A stretch of DNA of 54,952 bases, counting the filler, from Catajapyx aquilonaris (lineage: Eukaryota): the NCBI GenBank assembly GCA_000934665.2. It is 3 parts of 3 records of this genome, joined end to end, with 100 filler letters (N's around TTAATTAATTAA, not from the genome) between each part and the next. Parts side by side here need not be neighbours in the genome. Positions count along the whole stretch, not along the records: positions 1 to 18,248 come from JYFJ02006735.1; positions 18,349 to 36,608 come from JYFJ02006736.1; 1 more part is not named here. One strand, 5' to 3'. The translations under genes and the position numbers were made by a program. A model generated the notes under the pieces. The model ran no database searches. It was given only the letters and a program-made list of their open reading frames with translations, and was not told the origin of the DNA. This document shows, in pieces, positions 12,748 through 23,505 of this stretch (position 1 is its first letter; each line of letters starts with the position of its first letter).

Positions 12748-13826
12748 GTAGACGTGGAGTAGACTTATCTATCTGCTTTTCTGATAAAGTAGGCGTTTGT
12801 TATGTACAGTAGGCTATATAAATATCAAGTATCGCATTAATCACCATCGCTATTTTTTGTTTATAACTAATGCAGTCACCTATTAGAATTGAGTTGGGTT
12901 AAGAGTGACCCAATATTTGAGAGCGATAATAAACATAAACCATCAAAAATATAGTGGACTGATTTTGCTCTGGCAATATTTTTTTTAAAATTGTTTCCAT
13001 CACAGAATTGTTACCAAAGTTGGCATTAAAATTTTATGAGAAATTCAAGCTGCATTTTGGCCCATATGTGGATGCATGAGCCCTATTCACCTCGAATAAT
13101 TCCATGCTGACCTTGTCAAATTCCATGGGGAAGACATGTGCTCACTTAGTGTGTATTTTCTAAACTATTTGACGACGTACAATACACAAAATTACTAGCA
13201 AAACAGGGCGGGTCTGGACACATGGAGTAATGCTGAACAAAAGAGGGAAAGGTTTCGCAGGCCCCATTGCTTGTTCTGTTGTGACAAAATTTCAATGCAT
13301 TTATAGCTTAAACATTGTTTCATACTCTGAACATTTGGACCTTTGACTTTTCAGATTCATATTTTTAAATTCATTTGGCAGCACCCACTTTTTTACAATT
13401 TGGCAATACCTGGAAAAGTTGAGGCTGCTGAACATGCATTTGGTTGGAGTATGACTGTTGGACAAGTTTGATATTGTGAGCATATGGTTCGTGAGAAAAT
13501 AATAGATTATGTTTATCAGATATGTCATTAATTTTCAAGGACCCAAATTCTTGGACATGTGACCGTTCGAGTGCCACACATGTTCTCGCAACGTAATTCT
13601 TTCCAGAAAGTTGTTCGAAGTATGAATTGTTCGAAGTCCGAACCAATTATTTCCCCATAAGACATAATGGAAAGTGAATTAATCCGTTTGGCCGTTAAGT
13701 TCTCAGGCCCTAAACAACACCCATTTCGATAAACGTAAACAATAAGTACATATAAATTAAGGTAAAATTAACGCGATTAGAAAATAATGTTTTTCTTCCT
13801 ACTTTTCACAGGTTACTGGCAAAAAA

Positions 13827-14815
13827 ATGACTACCAAACAGCAACTCATGATGATTTTGAATGGACCATTGAAAACTACAAGCTCCATGAAATGGATAAA
13901 ACACTATATACTTCTGAACCATTCGTCATCAGTGGATTAGAGTCAACGAAATGGAAGCTGCAGCTTTATCCCAATGGAGATAGAAATGATCTACATGGTC
14001 ACGTCTCACTTTACCTTTATTGCTGTTGTTATGCAGGTGATTTAGAATACCGAACAATATTTTCGCTCGCGATTGAGAGTACCAATAACAAAATGGACTA
14101 CACTAAAGACGCCAACCAAAACATCAGCACATTTTCCCGACAATGTGTGACATGGGGTTTTTCTAAATTTATTGAAATCAAAGTCTTGAAAAAGAGAGCT
14201 TCTGACCTTCTTCCAAATGGTAGCCTGACTTTGATTTGCAAAGGGTATGTCATTGTGGATATGAAGTGGCAAGATATAGCTGAAGTCCATGGCCCTGGAT
14301 TGCTCCAAGACGCTAAGTGCATGCTGGATTCCCATGTTGGCAGGGATGTAACTCTGGTGGCAAGTGATGGGTCAGAAGTTCCAGTGCACAAGTTCATTCT
14401 GTGTGCCAGAAGCCCTGTGTTTGCAGCCATGTTTGAGCATGACACTGAGGAGAAGAAGACTGGCCGGGTTGTCATCAAGGACATACAGCCAGATGTCCTG
14501 AGAGGCCTCATTAGTTTCATGTACACTGATGAAGCCCCTGAAGGTGATAATGAGCTGGATCTGCTGATTGTGTCTCATAAGTACCAGATCCCACGTCTTC
14601 TGGGTCTAATGGAGATACGTGCCAGAAACATTTTGACTGTTGGAAATGTACTTAACATTTTGAGTCATGCTGACTTGCTTGACTTACCGACACTGAAGGA
14701 TGGGTGCTTGCAGTTCATCCAGTCCCATTCAAAAGAGGTGAGAGAGAGTCAGGCGTTGAAGGAATGTGCTGATATTGATGTCTTGAAGCTCCTTTTGAAG
14801 TATTGGATGAAGTAG
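13827..14815 (+). pseudogene. MATH-BTB-BACK (SPOP-like) copy 4, N-terminal frameshift (possibly translated from ATG 13892)
   Basis: ATG 13827 (MTTKQQLMM) is out of frame with the body because about 22 nt (CAGCAGATGTGAAGCCATTTCG in copy 5) are missing. The ORF-track start at 13787 lies upstream of the acceptor. The rest of the ORF is intact. Confidence 0.75.
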
Positions 14816-15668
14816 TCTGCATTTGATAGATTATTGAGACAAAATATATGCAGTTATTTCGTTTTCTAATCAGATTTACTAATAATAATTGTACTAATTA
14901 CATAATTGTTTACTGTTGTTCATAATCTTAAGGGTCAATAATATTGTTGTCCCTTTAAATTATTGACCCTCACCCTTTTTTACTAATATACAAATTTACT
15001 AATATATCGTACTGTACTTACAGAATGACAACGTTTTATGCTGATCACTGTTATCAAAACTTCTTCCAGACTGCCTGGAATTGTAAATGGTGCATTGATG
15101 GCTGAGTCAATGTTATTATTTCCAGGAAAGTTTGTAAATGCCTAAATATATATTTTTTGTCAATTTGCACTCAAATATGCAGCATCATAACAACGCCATT
15201 TGTGTCTGTCCTCCCATTGGCAGCAGTGTACCCATTTCTTTGTACTTTGCACTCTATAAATGCATGAATTAATCTGGTTTAGCATTTTGGACATTATGCA
15301 GTAATGGTTTATTAAAATACCTCATTACCTGTATGAATATTACAATAATTATTTATTGTCAATGTTTACTACAATATGCAAAAAAATCAATTGTTTGAGA
15401 ACCCTTTTGTTGCTAAAACAATGTCCCTTAGCAACCTATAGCATATTATAAGAACACAAAGTCGAATTCCCTGAAGACACAACCTCACCATCTGGCACAA
15501 AAAAGGAGACAACTACTTCCAGGCTGGTCGGAAGTCACAAGCCGGGGTCAGGCTACAGGTCAGAGGCAGTCCAGCTAAATTGGGACCACAAACACAGCCG
15601 TGATGGCAGCAGTGACTGGTGGCCAGTCCCGTACCAACACAGGTGCGAAAACAGTTCGATCATATGGA

Positions 15669-15803
15669 TTGAATCCGGATATAACATACTCGAAAGGGAG
15701 CTCCTGACATAATTCCGTAATAATTATATGGTTTGTGTATTCGTCTATAACAGACCGATTTTCGAGATTATCCCTTGAAGTCTGTTATATCCGGATTCAA
15801 CTG
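15669..15803. mobile_element. pogo/Tigger-like MITE remnant
   Basis: Inverted repeat TTGAATCCGGATATAACA (15669) / TGTTATATCCGGATTCAACTG (15783-15803). Confidence 0.55.
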
Positions 15804-15922
15804 CAGTAACTATCACGTAAAGTGTCAAGCGCATATTTTAAAAATGGGACTAGATTAACCTTTCATAATAATGCATTAGGAAGTAATTTTTCTTGTTGCT
15901 TTTCACAGTTAATTCGCAGAAT

Positions 15923-16942
15923 ATGACTACCAAACGGCAGCTCACCGTAACAGCAGATGTGAAGCCATTTCGTTTTGAATGGACCATCGCAAACTACAGG
16001 CCCCGCGAAATGCGTAAAACAATGATCAAATCCAATCTGCATAGCATCAGTGGATTGCCCTCTACAACAAAATGGCAGCTACGGCTTTACCCTAATGGCT
16101 ACAAGGATGCTGATAATGGTCACGTCTCTCTTTACCTTTGTTGCCAATGTTATGCATATATCCAATATCCTACCACCTTTTCTTTCACCATTAAGAGTGT
16201 CAATAACGAAAATGACTACACTGTGGTTGTTAAAACTCTCTCCTTATTTTCCAATTATGTGAGGCCTTTCGGTGTTTCTAAATTAATTGAAACCAAAGCC
16301 TTGGAAGAGAGAGCTTCCGACCTTCTTCCAAATGGTACGCTGACTTTGATATGCAAGGGTGAGGTCATGTTGGGTATGGAGAGGGAAATTACCCCTGAAG
16401 TTCGTGGCCCCGGACTGCTGGAGGATACGAAGTGCATGCTGGAGTCTCAGGTTGGCAGGGATGTAACTCTGGTGGCGAGTGATGGAACAGAACTTCCAGT
16501 GCACAAGTTTATTCTGTGTGCCCGAAGCCCAGTGTTTGCAGCCATGTTTGACCACGATACTGAGGAAAAGGAGACTGCCAGGGTTGTCATCAAGGACATA
16601 CAGCCAGATGTCCTGAGAGGCCTCATTAGTTTCATGTACACAGATGAAGCCCCTGAAGAACCTGTGAAGAAGCTGATGGCCATGGATCTGTTGATAGCAT
16701 CTAATAAGTATCAGATACCACTTCTTCAATTTCTCATGGAAAAGCATATCAGCACCACTTTGACTGTTGAAAATGCAGTCGACATTTTGAGCCACACCGT
16801 CTACCTTGACTTGCCTACACTGAAGGCTGCATGCTTGCTGTTCATCCAGTTAAATGGAAAGAAGGTGAGAGAGAGTCAGCCTTGGAAGGAATGCGCTGAT
16901 GTTGATGTCTTTAGGGTTGTTGTGGAATTTTTGACCAAATAA
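15923..16942 (+). CDS. MATH-BTB-BACK (SPOP/roadkill-like) copy 5, intact, 339 aa
   Basis: Acceptor AG at 15907-15908, ATG at 15923 (MTTKRQLTVTADVKPFRFEWTI); uninterrupted MATH, BTB and BACK-like regions to TAA 16942. Confidence 0.92.
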   Translation: MTTKRQLTVTADVKPFRFEWTIANYRPREMRKTMIKSNLHSISGLPSTTKWQLRLYPNGYKDADNGHVSLYLCCQCYAYIQYPTTFSFTIKSVNNENDYTVVVKTLSLFSNYVRPFGVSKLIETKALEERASDLLPNGTLTLICKGEVMLGMEREITPEVRGPGLLEDTKCMLESQVGRDVTLVASDGTELPVHKFILCARSPVFAAMFDHDTEEKETARVVIKDIQPDVLRGLISFMYTDEAPEEPVKKLMAMDLLIASNKYQIPLLQFLMEKHISTTLTVENAVDILSHTVYLDLPTLKAACLLFIQLNGKKVRESQPWKECADVDVFRVVVEFLTK

Positions 16943-17454
16943 TGTACAATTTGAATAAATTATGGAGCTGAATGTATGAGCCGGTTATTTTTTGTTTGTC
17001 TCTTCTCACTAACACATGCCAGGTTGAGTTGGGAAACCTTGGGTACATTGGGGGTGCATTTATGGAGTAATGCTTCACCTAATTATTGTTCTCTCATCTT
17101 GCTTGAGGAAATTGATGAGAATAGTCTGAAAATGTAATGATATGTTACTGCTGTTTATCAGTTTGTGACTAATTGTCATTAACAATGAAATGAAAGGATT
17201 TGTTTGTTTTTGGTAATAGGGAAGTAGATTGATCAGTGGACAGTCCTGTACCAACACAGGTGTGGAGAACTAATCGATCATATTCGGACTAATGGATTGT
17301 TCATTATCAGAGTAATTATCAAGTCAATGCGACGTTGCCTATTAGAGAAAATAGAATAATTGGCAAAATAATCCTATTAATTGTGTTTTTTAATAGAATA
17401 TTTTCATGTGGGGTTGGATCCAATTTTTTATACCTTTGCAACTTGAAAAAATTA

Positions 17455-17528
17455 TGTACTTCACATTTTGGGGTCATGCCTACCAGCTTGACTTGACAAA
17501 ACTGAACGATGCCTGCTGCTTTCAATCC
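17455..17528 (+). pseudogene. Relic fragment of a further SPOP-like copy (BACK region)
   Basis: atgtacttcacattttggggtcatgcctaccagcttgacttgacaaaactgaacgatgcctgc aligns with copy 3 at about 11499-11560 (atgtactgaacattttgagtcacgccatgttgcttgacttgccacaactgaaggatgcctgc). Confidence 0.7.
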
Positions 17529-17709
17529 ATCAAGTTGCGACCGCCCAGATACTGTGACTGGTCAGGATCAGGAACTGATTAATTGAATTAATGTTCAGTT
17601 TGGATTTCTGAGAGTTAATAATGAAAACATGGATAACAACACTACTTATTGATGTGACGCAAGCCAAAATATGGAGTATGCTGTAAGAAGTGTTCATTGT
17701 TGTTTAAAA

Positions 17710-18075
17710 TTATATCATGTTCAAATTGTAATCCCCGTAACCCATCAGCGGACTTTCATGTATGAAACAAGCATACTTTTCCACTAGTGTCCTACGAATA
17801 CATTCTTCCATATACTCAGAATAGTCCTCAATGTCGTAATATCCGATCCCATTGGCGATCACCTTTTCCAATTCAATCTCTGTTACGTCCGCAAAGGAAT
17901 CGAAATAAAACTGGTCATATTGGCAACCACCCCACTTGTAGCCCATGTCCACAAGATCCTCAAGAGAATCGACATTTTTGACGGGTTTGTCCATGAGAAG
18001 TCCGACCATGTCTGCAGTGAAGAAGTTGGACATCATGACACAGAAGAAGAAATACATGCAGAATATCCAGGTCAA
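17710..18075 (-). pseudogene. Divergent ionotropic receptor (IR/iGluR family) fragment: M3 helix and start of S2 lobe
   Basis: WIFCMYFFFCVMMSNFFTADMVGLLMDKPVKNVDSLEDL resembles the W..F......SYTANLAAFL....P..I.SLEDL motif; CIRRTLVEKYACFIHES resembles the S2 region; in-frame stops lie immediately up- and downstream. Confidence 0.65.
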
Positions 18076-18198
18076 ATATCAAAATGTCAAAATCGTAGAG
18101 GATCTATTATCTTACGGGTATGTGCAGTGCAAGGCATGTGCTCTAAGGCATGTGCCCCTGGATAATAATAATAATGGATACTTATCGGACTGCCCTTC

Positions 18199-18248
18199 AT
18201 CTCTCGACTTTTCTCCACTTACCCAAAACAGTGATTCAAGCTAAAATG
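18199..18248 (-). repeat. Inverted copy of the SPOP-like leader exon and donor
   Basis: The reverse complement matches 9918-9967 at 47/50 positions, including GTAAGT (18222-18217). Confidence 0.85.
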
Positions 18249-18348
18249 NNNNNNNNNNNNNNNNNNNNNNNNNNNNNNNNNNNNNNNNNNNNTTAATTAA
18301 TTAANNNNNNNNNNNNNNNNNNNNNNNNNNNNNNNNNNNNNNNNNNNN
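18249..18348. other. Artificial 100-bp contig or scaffold spacer
   Basis: 44 N + TTAATTAATTAA (stops in all six frames) + 44 N. Confidence 0.95.
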
Positions 18349-20634
18349 TAGATGATTTTTTCCCTTGGCATTTTACAATGAAAAGGACCACCACGAATTT
18401 AAATGATTAATTTTGTCGCCAAGTTGTTATTCATTAACATCACTCTTACATCGAATTTTGAACAAAAAGAAGGAAAGAGACGGCCCAAAAACCTGCCAAT
18501 TGTTGGTTGCCAGTTGTGCCAACTCACCCTTTTCTGACTTTTAACAATAACCTGCCAGTTGGCACGATTGGAAAACCAAAAATATTACATTCCAGGCTAA
18601 TAATTCGAACGTCGGAGGTTTGCAATAACCCGCCTTCTGACGTTCGATTCTACGTATTAGACGGTATATAGTCAGTTTCCGACACTACACCGAAAGAATA
18701 GTGCCTCGAAGACAGTGTCCTGTACCTCGCACCTGTGAAAGCACTGCGCATGGGTATATATGCCTATACTATACGCGCGCACATCCAAAGCAGTCCGACC
18801 AATAATGCTAACGTTTCGAGTCAAGTATACGGGACATTCGCCGAATCAATTAGGAAACAGTACCTGCGGCTTGCCGGCCCTTTGATTCGTTGTTTTTCTT
18901 CTGGGGAAGTGACCCGGAATTTAATTCCTCGAGCTTGATCAGAATACAGATGGGTTACAGATGGGATTGTCATCGGTCAGGTCGAATCGTAAGTTGCTAG
19001 GTTACGAACAAATTGATTCGGCGAATGTCTTGGGTAATACTTGACATGAGCCACCAGGGACCCGCCGCGGCGAGGGGGCGGGGGCGGCAGGGTGGCTGGG
19101 GAAGGGGAGAAGCGAGGAGGTCCGGCAGGACGGTGACGGTGACGGGAGAGACCGGGGGAAAAAGCGACCTTCACCCACGGAGGTCAACACGCAACTGGAC
19201 GTGTTCCACCTCCATTGCGCATGCTCGGAACGGGGGCCAATCGGAGGCGTCGTGGTAACAATGCACCATGGATACGACGCAGCAACAATGGACGGGGGCC
19301 AATGGGAAGAGGTGGTGGCAACAATACGGGGGCGGACCAATCAGAGGGCTCGGCCGCGCTCCGCAAGCATTTTAATATTATAGATTATAGGTGCATTATC
19401 ATTATGTTATATGATCCATGAGTAAGACCTGGCTTACATATTCACATATTAGTTGAAACCTAAGACAAGTGTTTCAGTAAAAATGTAAGTTATTTTATAA
19501 GATATATATATTATATTATAAATAAATTTATATTATCTTGTTATATTATATTATTATGCATGAGTAAGACCCTGCTTACATATTCACATATTAGTAAAAA
19601 TTTTACACATACCCTTCGTAATGTAGCATTACGATATCCTTTAATAATAATCTATAGTGAAGCTAGGTCTTACGCATACCTGAATTTCTATCTGCCATAA
19701 AGGTCTTACTTTTTTTTTAAAATACAGAATGGAAGGTTTTTGTGATAATTATCATTATTATCCAACGACCAAACCTCCCCATCCTTCTCCTTGCCTGCCC
19801 CCTGTTGACCACGATCTTCTTCTCCTTGGCACCAATCTTCATCTCAACCCTCTTCAGATTCCCTTCGATCCTCCCCATCCTTCCTTCCAGTCTGTCCAAC
19901 ACTTCCCTGCAGCCAACCACCTCTTCCATCACCCTCCTCATCATCTGCTCCAGTCCTCCTCCTCCTCCTCCTAACAGTCATCTCCCCTCCATCGGCCGGA
20001 GTTGAACACCAACAATAAACAGGGAAATCGAAGCCCATACCTTTTTAAAGAATAAATCTCGAGAAATTCACTTGGAAAAGGCGTGGAAAAGGCGGCCACG
20101 TTGGATTATTCGTGGGTGCGTTCAGATACTTGCCATTGTCCACTAGTGTCCACTAGAGGCGCTGCTGGCGTTCCATGCGCCACTATCTGAACGTACCTCC
20201 ACATCGATGGCCTTAACTGCTTTTTCATAAGCAGCTCTTTTTTGTAATAACAGCTCCTTTTTAAACATTGATTGCTATTTTAAAATGCGATGTATACAAC
20301 GAATTATTTTACGACAATGACGGGGCGCGTTCTATAACATCATTTTTGCGTTCATTTCACTTCGCGTGAAGCGGCGTGAAGTCAACATTTTCGAGTCAAA
20401 CAGTGACGTCACCATTTTTTGCCTACGAAAAAACGCCAATATCTCCGGAACTGAAACTGATTTCTTAAAACGGAATACGCCAAAAAAATTCAAAAAATAT
20501 GGGCGAATTTATTATGTAGTTTCCAAAATGAAGGCTACTTCCCCATTACAATAGCAGCACTGAATGTGAAAATTATAGGCAGTAATAAAATCTCTGCAAA
20601 ATAATTATGGGCAGTAATTTCTCCCCGAACTATA

Positions 20635-21566
20635 CAGGGTGATCCAACTCTGTGGCACCAGTGGTTATTTGAAAAATCGCGCAAGCTGCTTGTTTATAAG
20701 CAGGTCGTTGCTAAGAGATGCTTTCTGGCTCTTTCTGGAGAATCGGGAATAGCACCTGCTGATATTAGGTCCAATGCCCATGTAACAATATTAATGAGGG
20801 AGAAAAGGGTCATCCGTGGGAAACAGGCCTGTTCTGGTGTTCGCTGGAGGGTTTCACATGAGGTCACTAGCTGCCAAACCAGAGGGCTAATCCGTCGGAA
20901 CTGGACAGACCCGGGTGTGTCAATAAATAGGCCTTCTGGTCTGTTGATTGTTGGCCGCAGTTGGCGCAACTGAGACAGGTCAACATATAGGCAGCGTTGT
21001 TTAGTTACCAGGCTTAGCACCTGCTGATATTAGGTCCAATCCCCATACATGTACCAATTAATGAGAGAATGCCCAATGCAGACTGTATACTGTTAGAACC
21101 CTAGAAGCCCTTGTGCGGCCCTCAAACAGGCCCCCTGAGTAAGGCATGTCCTGGTCCTGACTCTACCAGAACTATTTATTTACTGGTAATTGCTGGTAAC
21201 TAAACAACGCTGCCTATGTTGACCTGTCTCAGTTGCGCCAACTGCGGCCAACAATGAACAGACCAGAAGGCCTATTTATTGACACACCCGGGTCAGTCCA
21301 GTTCCGACGGATTAGACCTTTGGTTTGGCAGCTAGTGACCTCATGTGAAACCCTCCAGCGAATACCAGAACAGCCTGTTTCCCACGGATGATCCTCTTTT
21401 CCCTCATTAATATTGTTACATGGGCATTGGACCTAATATCAGCAGGTGCTATTCCCGATTCTCCAGAAAGTAACTCTTATTGATCTCTTAGCAACGACCT
21501 GCTTATAAACAAGCAGCTTGTTGATTTTTCCAATAACTGTTGGTGCCACAGAGTTGGATCACCCTG
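20635..21566. mobile_element. Tc1/mariner-type foldback element with about 375-bp inverted arms
   Basis: TA-CAGGGTGATCCAACTCTGTGGCACCA ... TGGTGCCACAGAGTTGGATCACCCTG-TA; arms about 20635-21010 and 21195-21566. Confidence 0.88.
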
Positions 21567-22116
21567 TATACGGCTTGCAACATTCCATCCGAAAACCGAG
21601 TTGAACACTTGAACTGTAATTAAGCCAAAAAATACTCATGAGGTCAGTAGGTCTTAATAATATCTGTCGACAGACCTGCGCAACACTACTAAAAGTATTT
21701 CCCACATGTAGTACAGTGTGAATGTAAATCAGTGTACAATAATCTGTTTCGCAGCATCATTTATTAAACAGTCTTGCATGATGAAATAACTAGAAAACCC
21801 CCCGCAAAACACATTTGTAATAGTTACAAGTTCAGAATATGTTACAAATGGCTATTTAATTACTTGTAATGACATCCACTGCAATTTTGGTGCATTGGTC
21901 GACACACGTTTTTTGAGTCACAATAAATTGTTACAAAAAAAGGCTTCACACCTTCAGGGATTTTGTTCACATCTGGATGGTCATAATTATTATTCCTGAG
22001 TCTCTCGAACCTCGTAACATAACAGTGTACAACCAAGAGTGTTTTTCTTATTTCAAACAAAGGGAAAAAATAAATAATGTATACTATACTAGAAAAGGTG
22101 TCGTTCATAGTGTAAG

Positions 22117-22266
22117 AGGGCCGTTTTCTCCGAACAGTGGTTCAAATGCAAACCCGGTTCAAAGCCGGTTTAAACCCTTGACAACCGCCTAACAACAATC
22201 AAATCAGGGATTAAACTGGCTTTGAACCCAGTTTACATTTGAACCACTGTTCGAGAAAACGGCCCT
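22117..22266. mobile_element. Palindromic Harbinger-like MITE
   Basis: AGGGCCGTTTTCTC..GAACAGTGGTTCAAATG / CATTTGAACCACTGTTCGAGAAAACGGCCCT; TSD not clean. Confidence 0.65.
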
Positions 22267-23375
22267 TATTCATTTCTTTGAGCCTTTCATGTGCTTTCAT
22301 GGGACCCTCTTGACTGCATAGTTGCCAGTCTCAAAATATTCAAACACCCCACATTGCCACTCTTAATAGTTTCAAAGACTATAAGTGCATCCAGTGCATG
22401 GAATTGAAACACTATCATTTTTCAGGAAATTATTGAAACAAATTTTTAATGTAGATTAAAGACCCATTGCAGTTCTTTGTTGTCAGTGTGGCGCGGGTTC
22501 GAGTAGTCTTGACTGGACAATGTTCCACACCGAGTTTTTCTTCAGAGAGAAGTAGAGAACGTTTCCGACTTTCTTTGCCCAAATTCCACCTGGATTGACG
22601 AAATTGGGGTGAGGTAACCACCTGTAAAGATTGGCCATACCTTTTTGCCCCATAAAATAAGCTCCAACTTCATTAGAACTTCATTAGAAGTTGAAATAAG
22701 TTCATTATGTAAGCATGAAGTAGGCACAAAATGTTCGAAACCGGCATGCACAAAAGTTGTGTGTGAATAATAATTGTAAATACAGTTGGACACTAATTTT
22801 TATTCGAGGTCTGACGAGCATTTGGAGTATCATCAACGACTCCATGCGATGCGACCTACATGAACGTATGCAATCTGATGGATTTGAGAGTCGAGTCAGG
22901 AAGCATGTACACACCTGTGCCAAGCCGTACTGGGGTATGGGAAGACCCTTATTGGCTCCAGAGCTGGGCTGCGGTGGAATCAAGCCGCATGCTCGTGACA
23001 TCTGCACCATGCGTTTCACGACAAACTATACAAGCTCATGCATCGCCAGGAGATGCGCAGAGAGTACGAGGACTGCAAGAAGAGGGACAAGTGGAACGAT
23101 CATTACACGGTACATGCCTGGAAGCGGGTCGTACTCGCCATTTACGCTGCCGTCGCTTGGTGAGGTGCATCGACAAGCTCCAATGCGTCCATTTCAGGAA
23201 GTTCACGTACAACCAGCCTGCCTGACTCCAGATGTGTTCCGACGGCCAAAATTTCTGCTGCATATTTTCTTGCTCTAACCTCTCTCCGGACAGGTCAAAG
23301 GTCAGCTGGACTCGCTTCTTCCTGGACCACCCGAGTCAGCAGCACGGACAAGGTGTGAACAGGCTGAAATAATAA

Positions 23376-23505
23376 TCTGCATGTATAAAAGGCAAAGTTT
23401 GTTGGTTTGTTTGTACAAGTTCACCATGGCAACAGGTGTGCATTGTGACAGGTGTCCATGGCAACGAGTTGCACAGGCCGCGTAACGGACACGCCTTGCA
23501 GCTAG
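23376..23505 (+). mobile_element. Mini-Helitron
   Basis: A|TC start (TCTGCATGTATAAAAGGCAAAGTTTGTTGGTTTGTTTG), subterminal GCGT..ACGC stem, CTAG|T end. Confidence 0.65.

Noticed and set aside
3243..16795. Recurrent minus-strand and alternate-frame ORFs over each MATH-BTB copy (e.g. MAANTGLRAHRMNLCTGSS)
   Set aside because: They are shadows of the conserved plus-strand BTB sequence; their starts and stops vary between copies
18293..18304. TTAATTAATTAA as a biological site (also 36653-36664)
   Set aside because: It is centred in symmetric N runs and is a synthetic linker
20115..20197. CTCF-like CCACTAGAGGCGC inside a 14-bp inverted repeat
   Set aside because: One base short of the CTCF core and probably part of a small MITE; too weak to call
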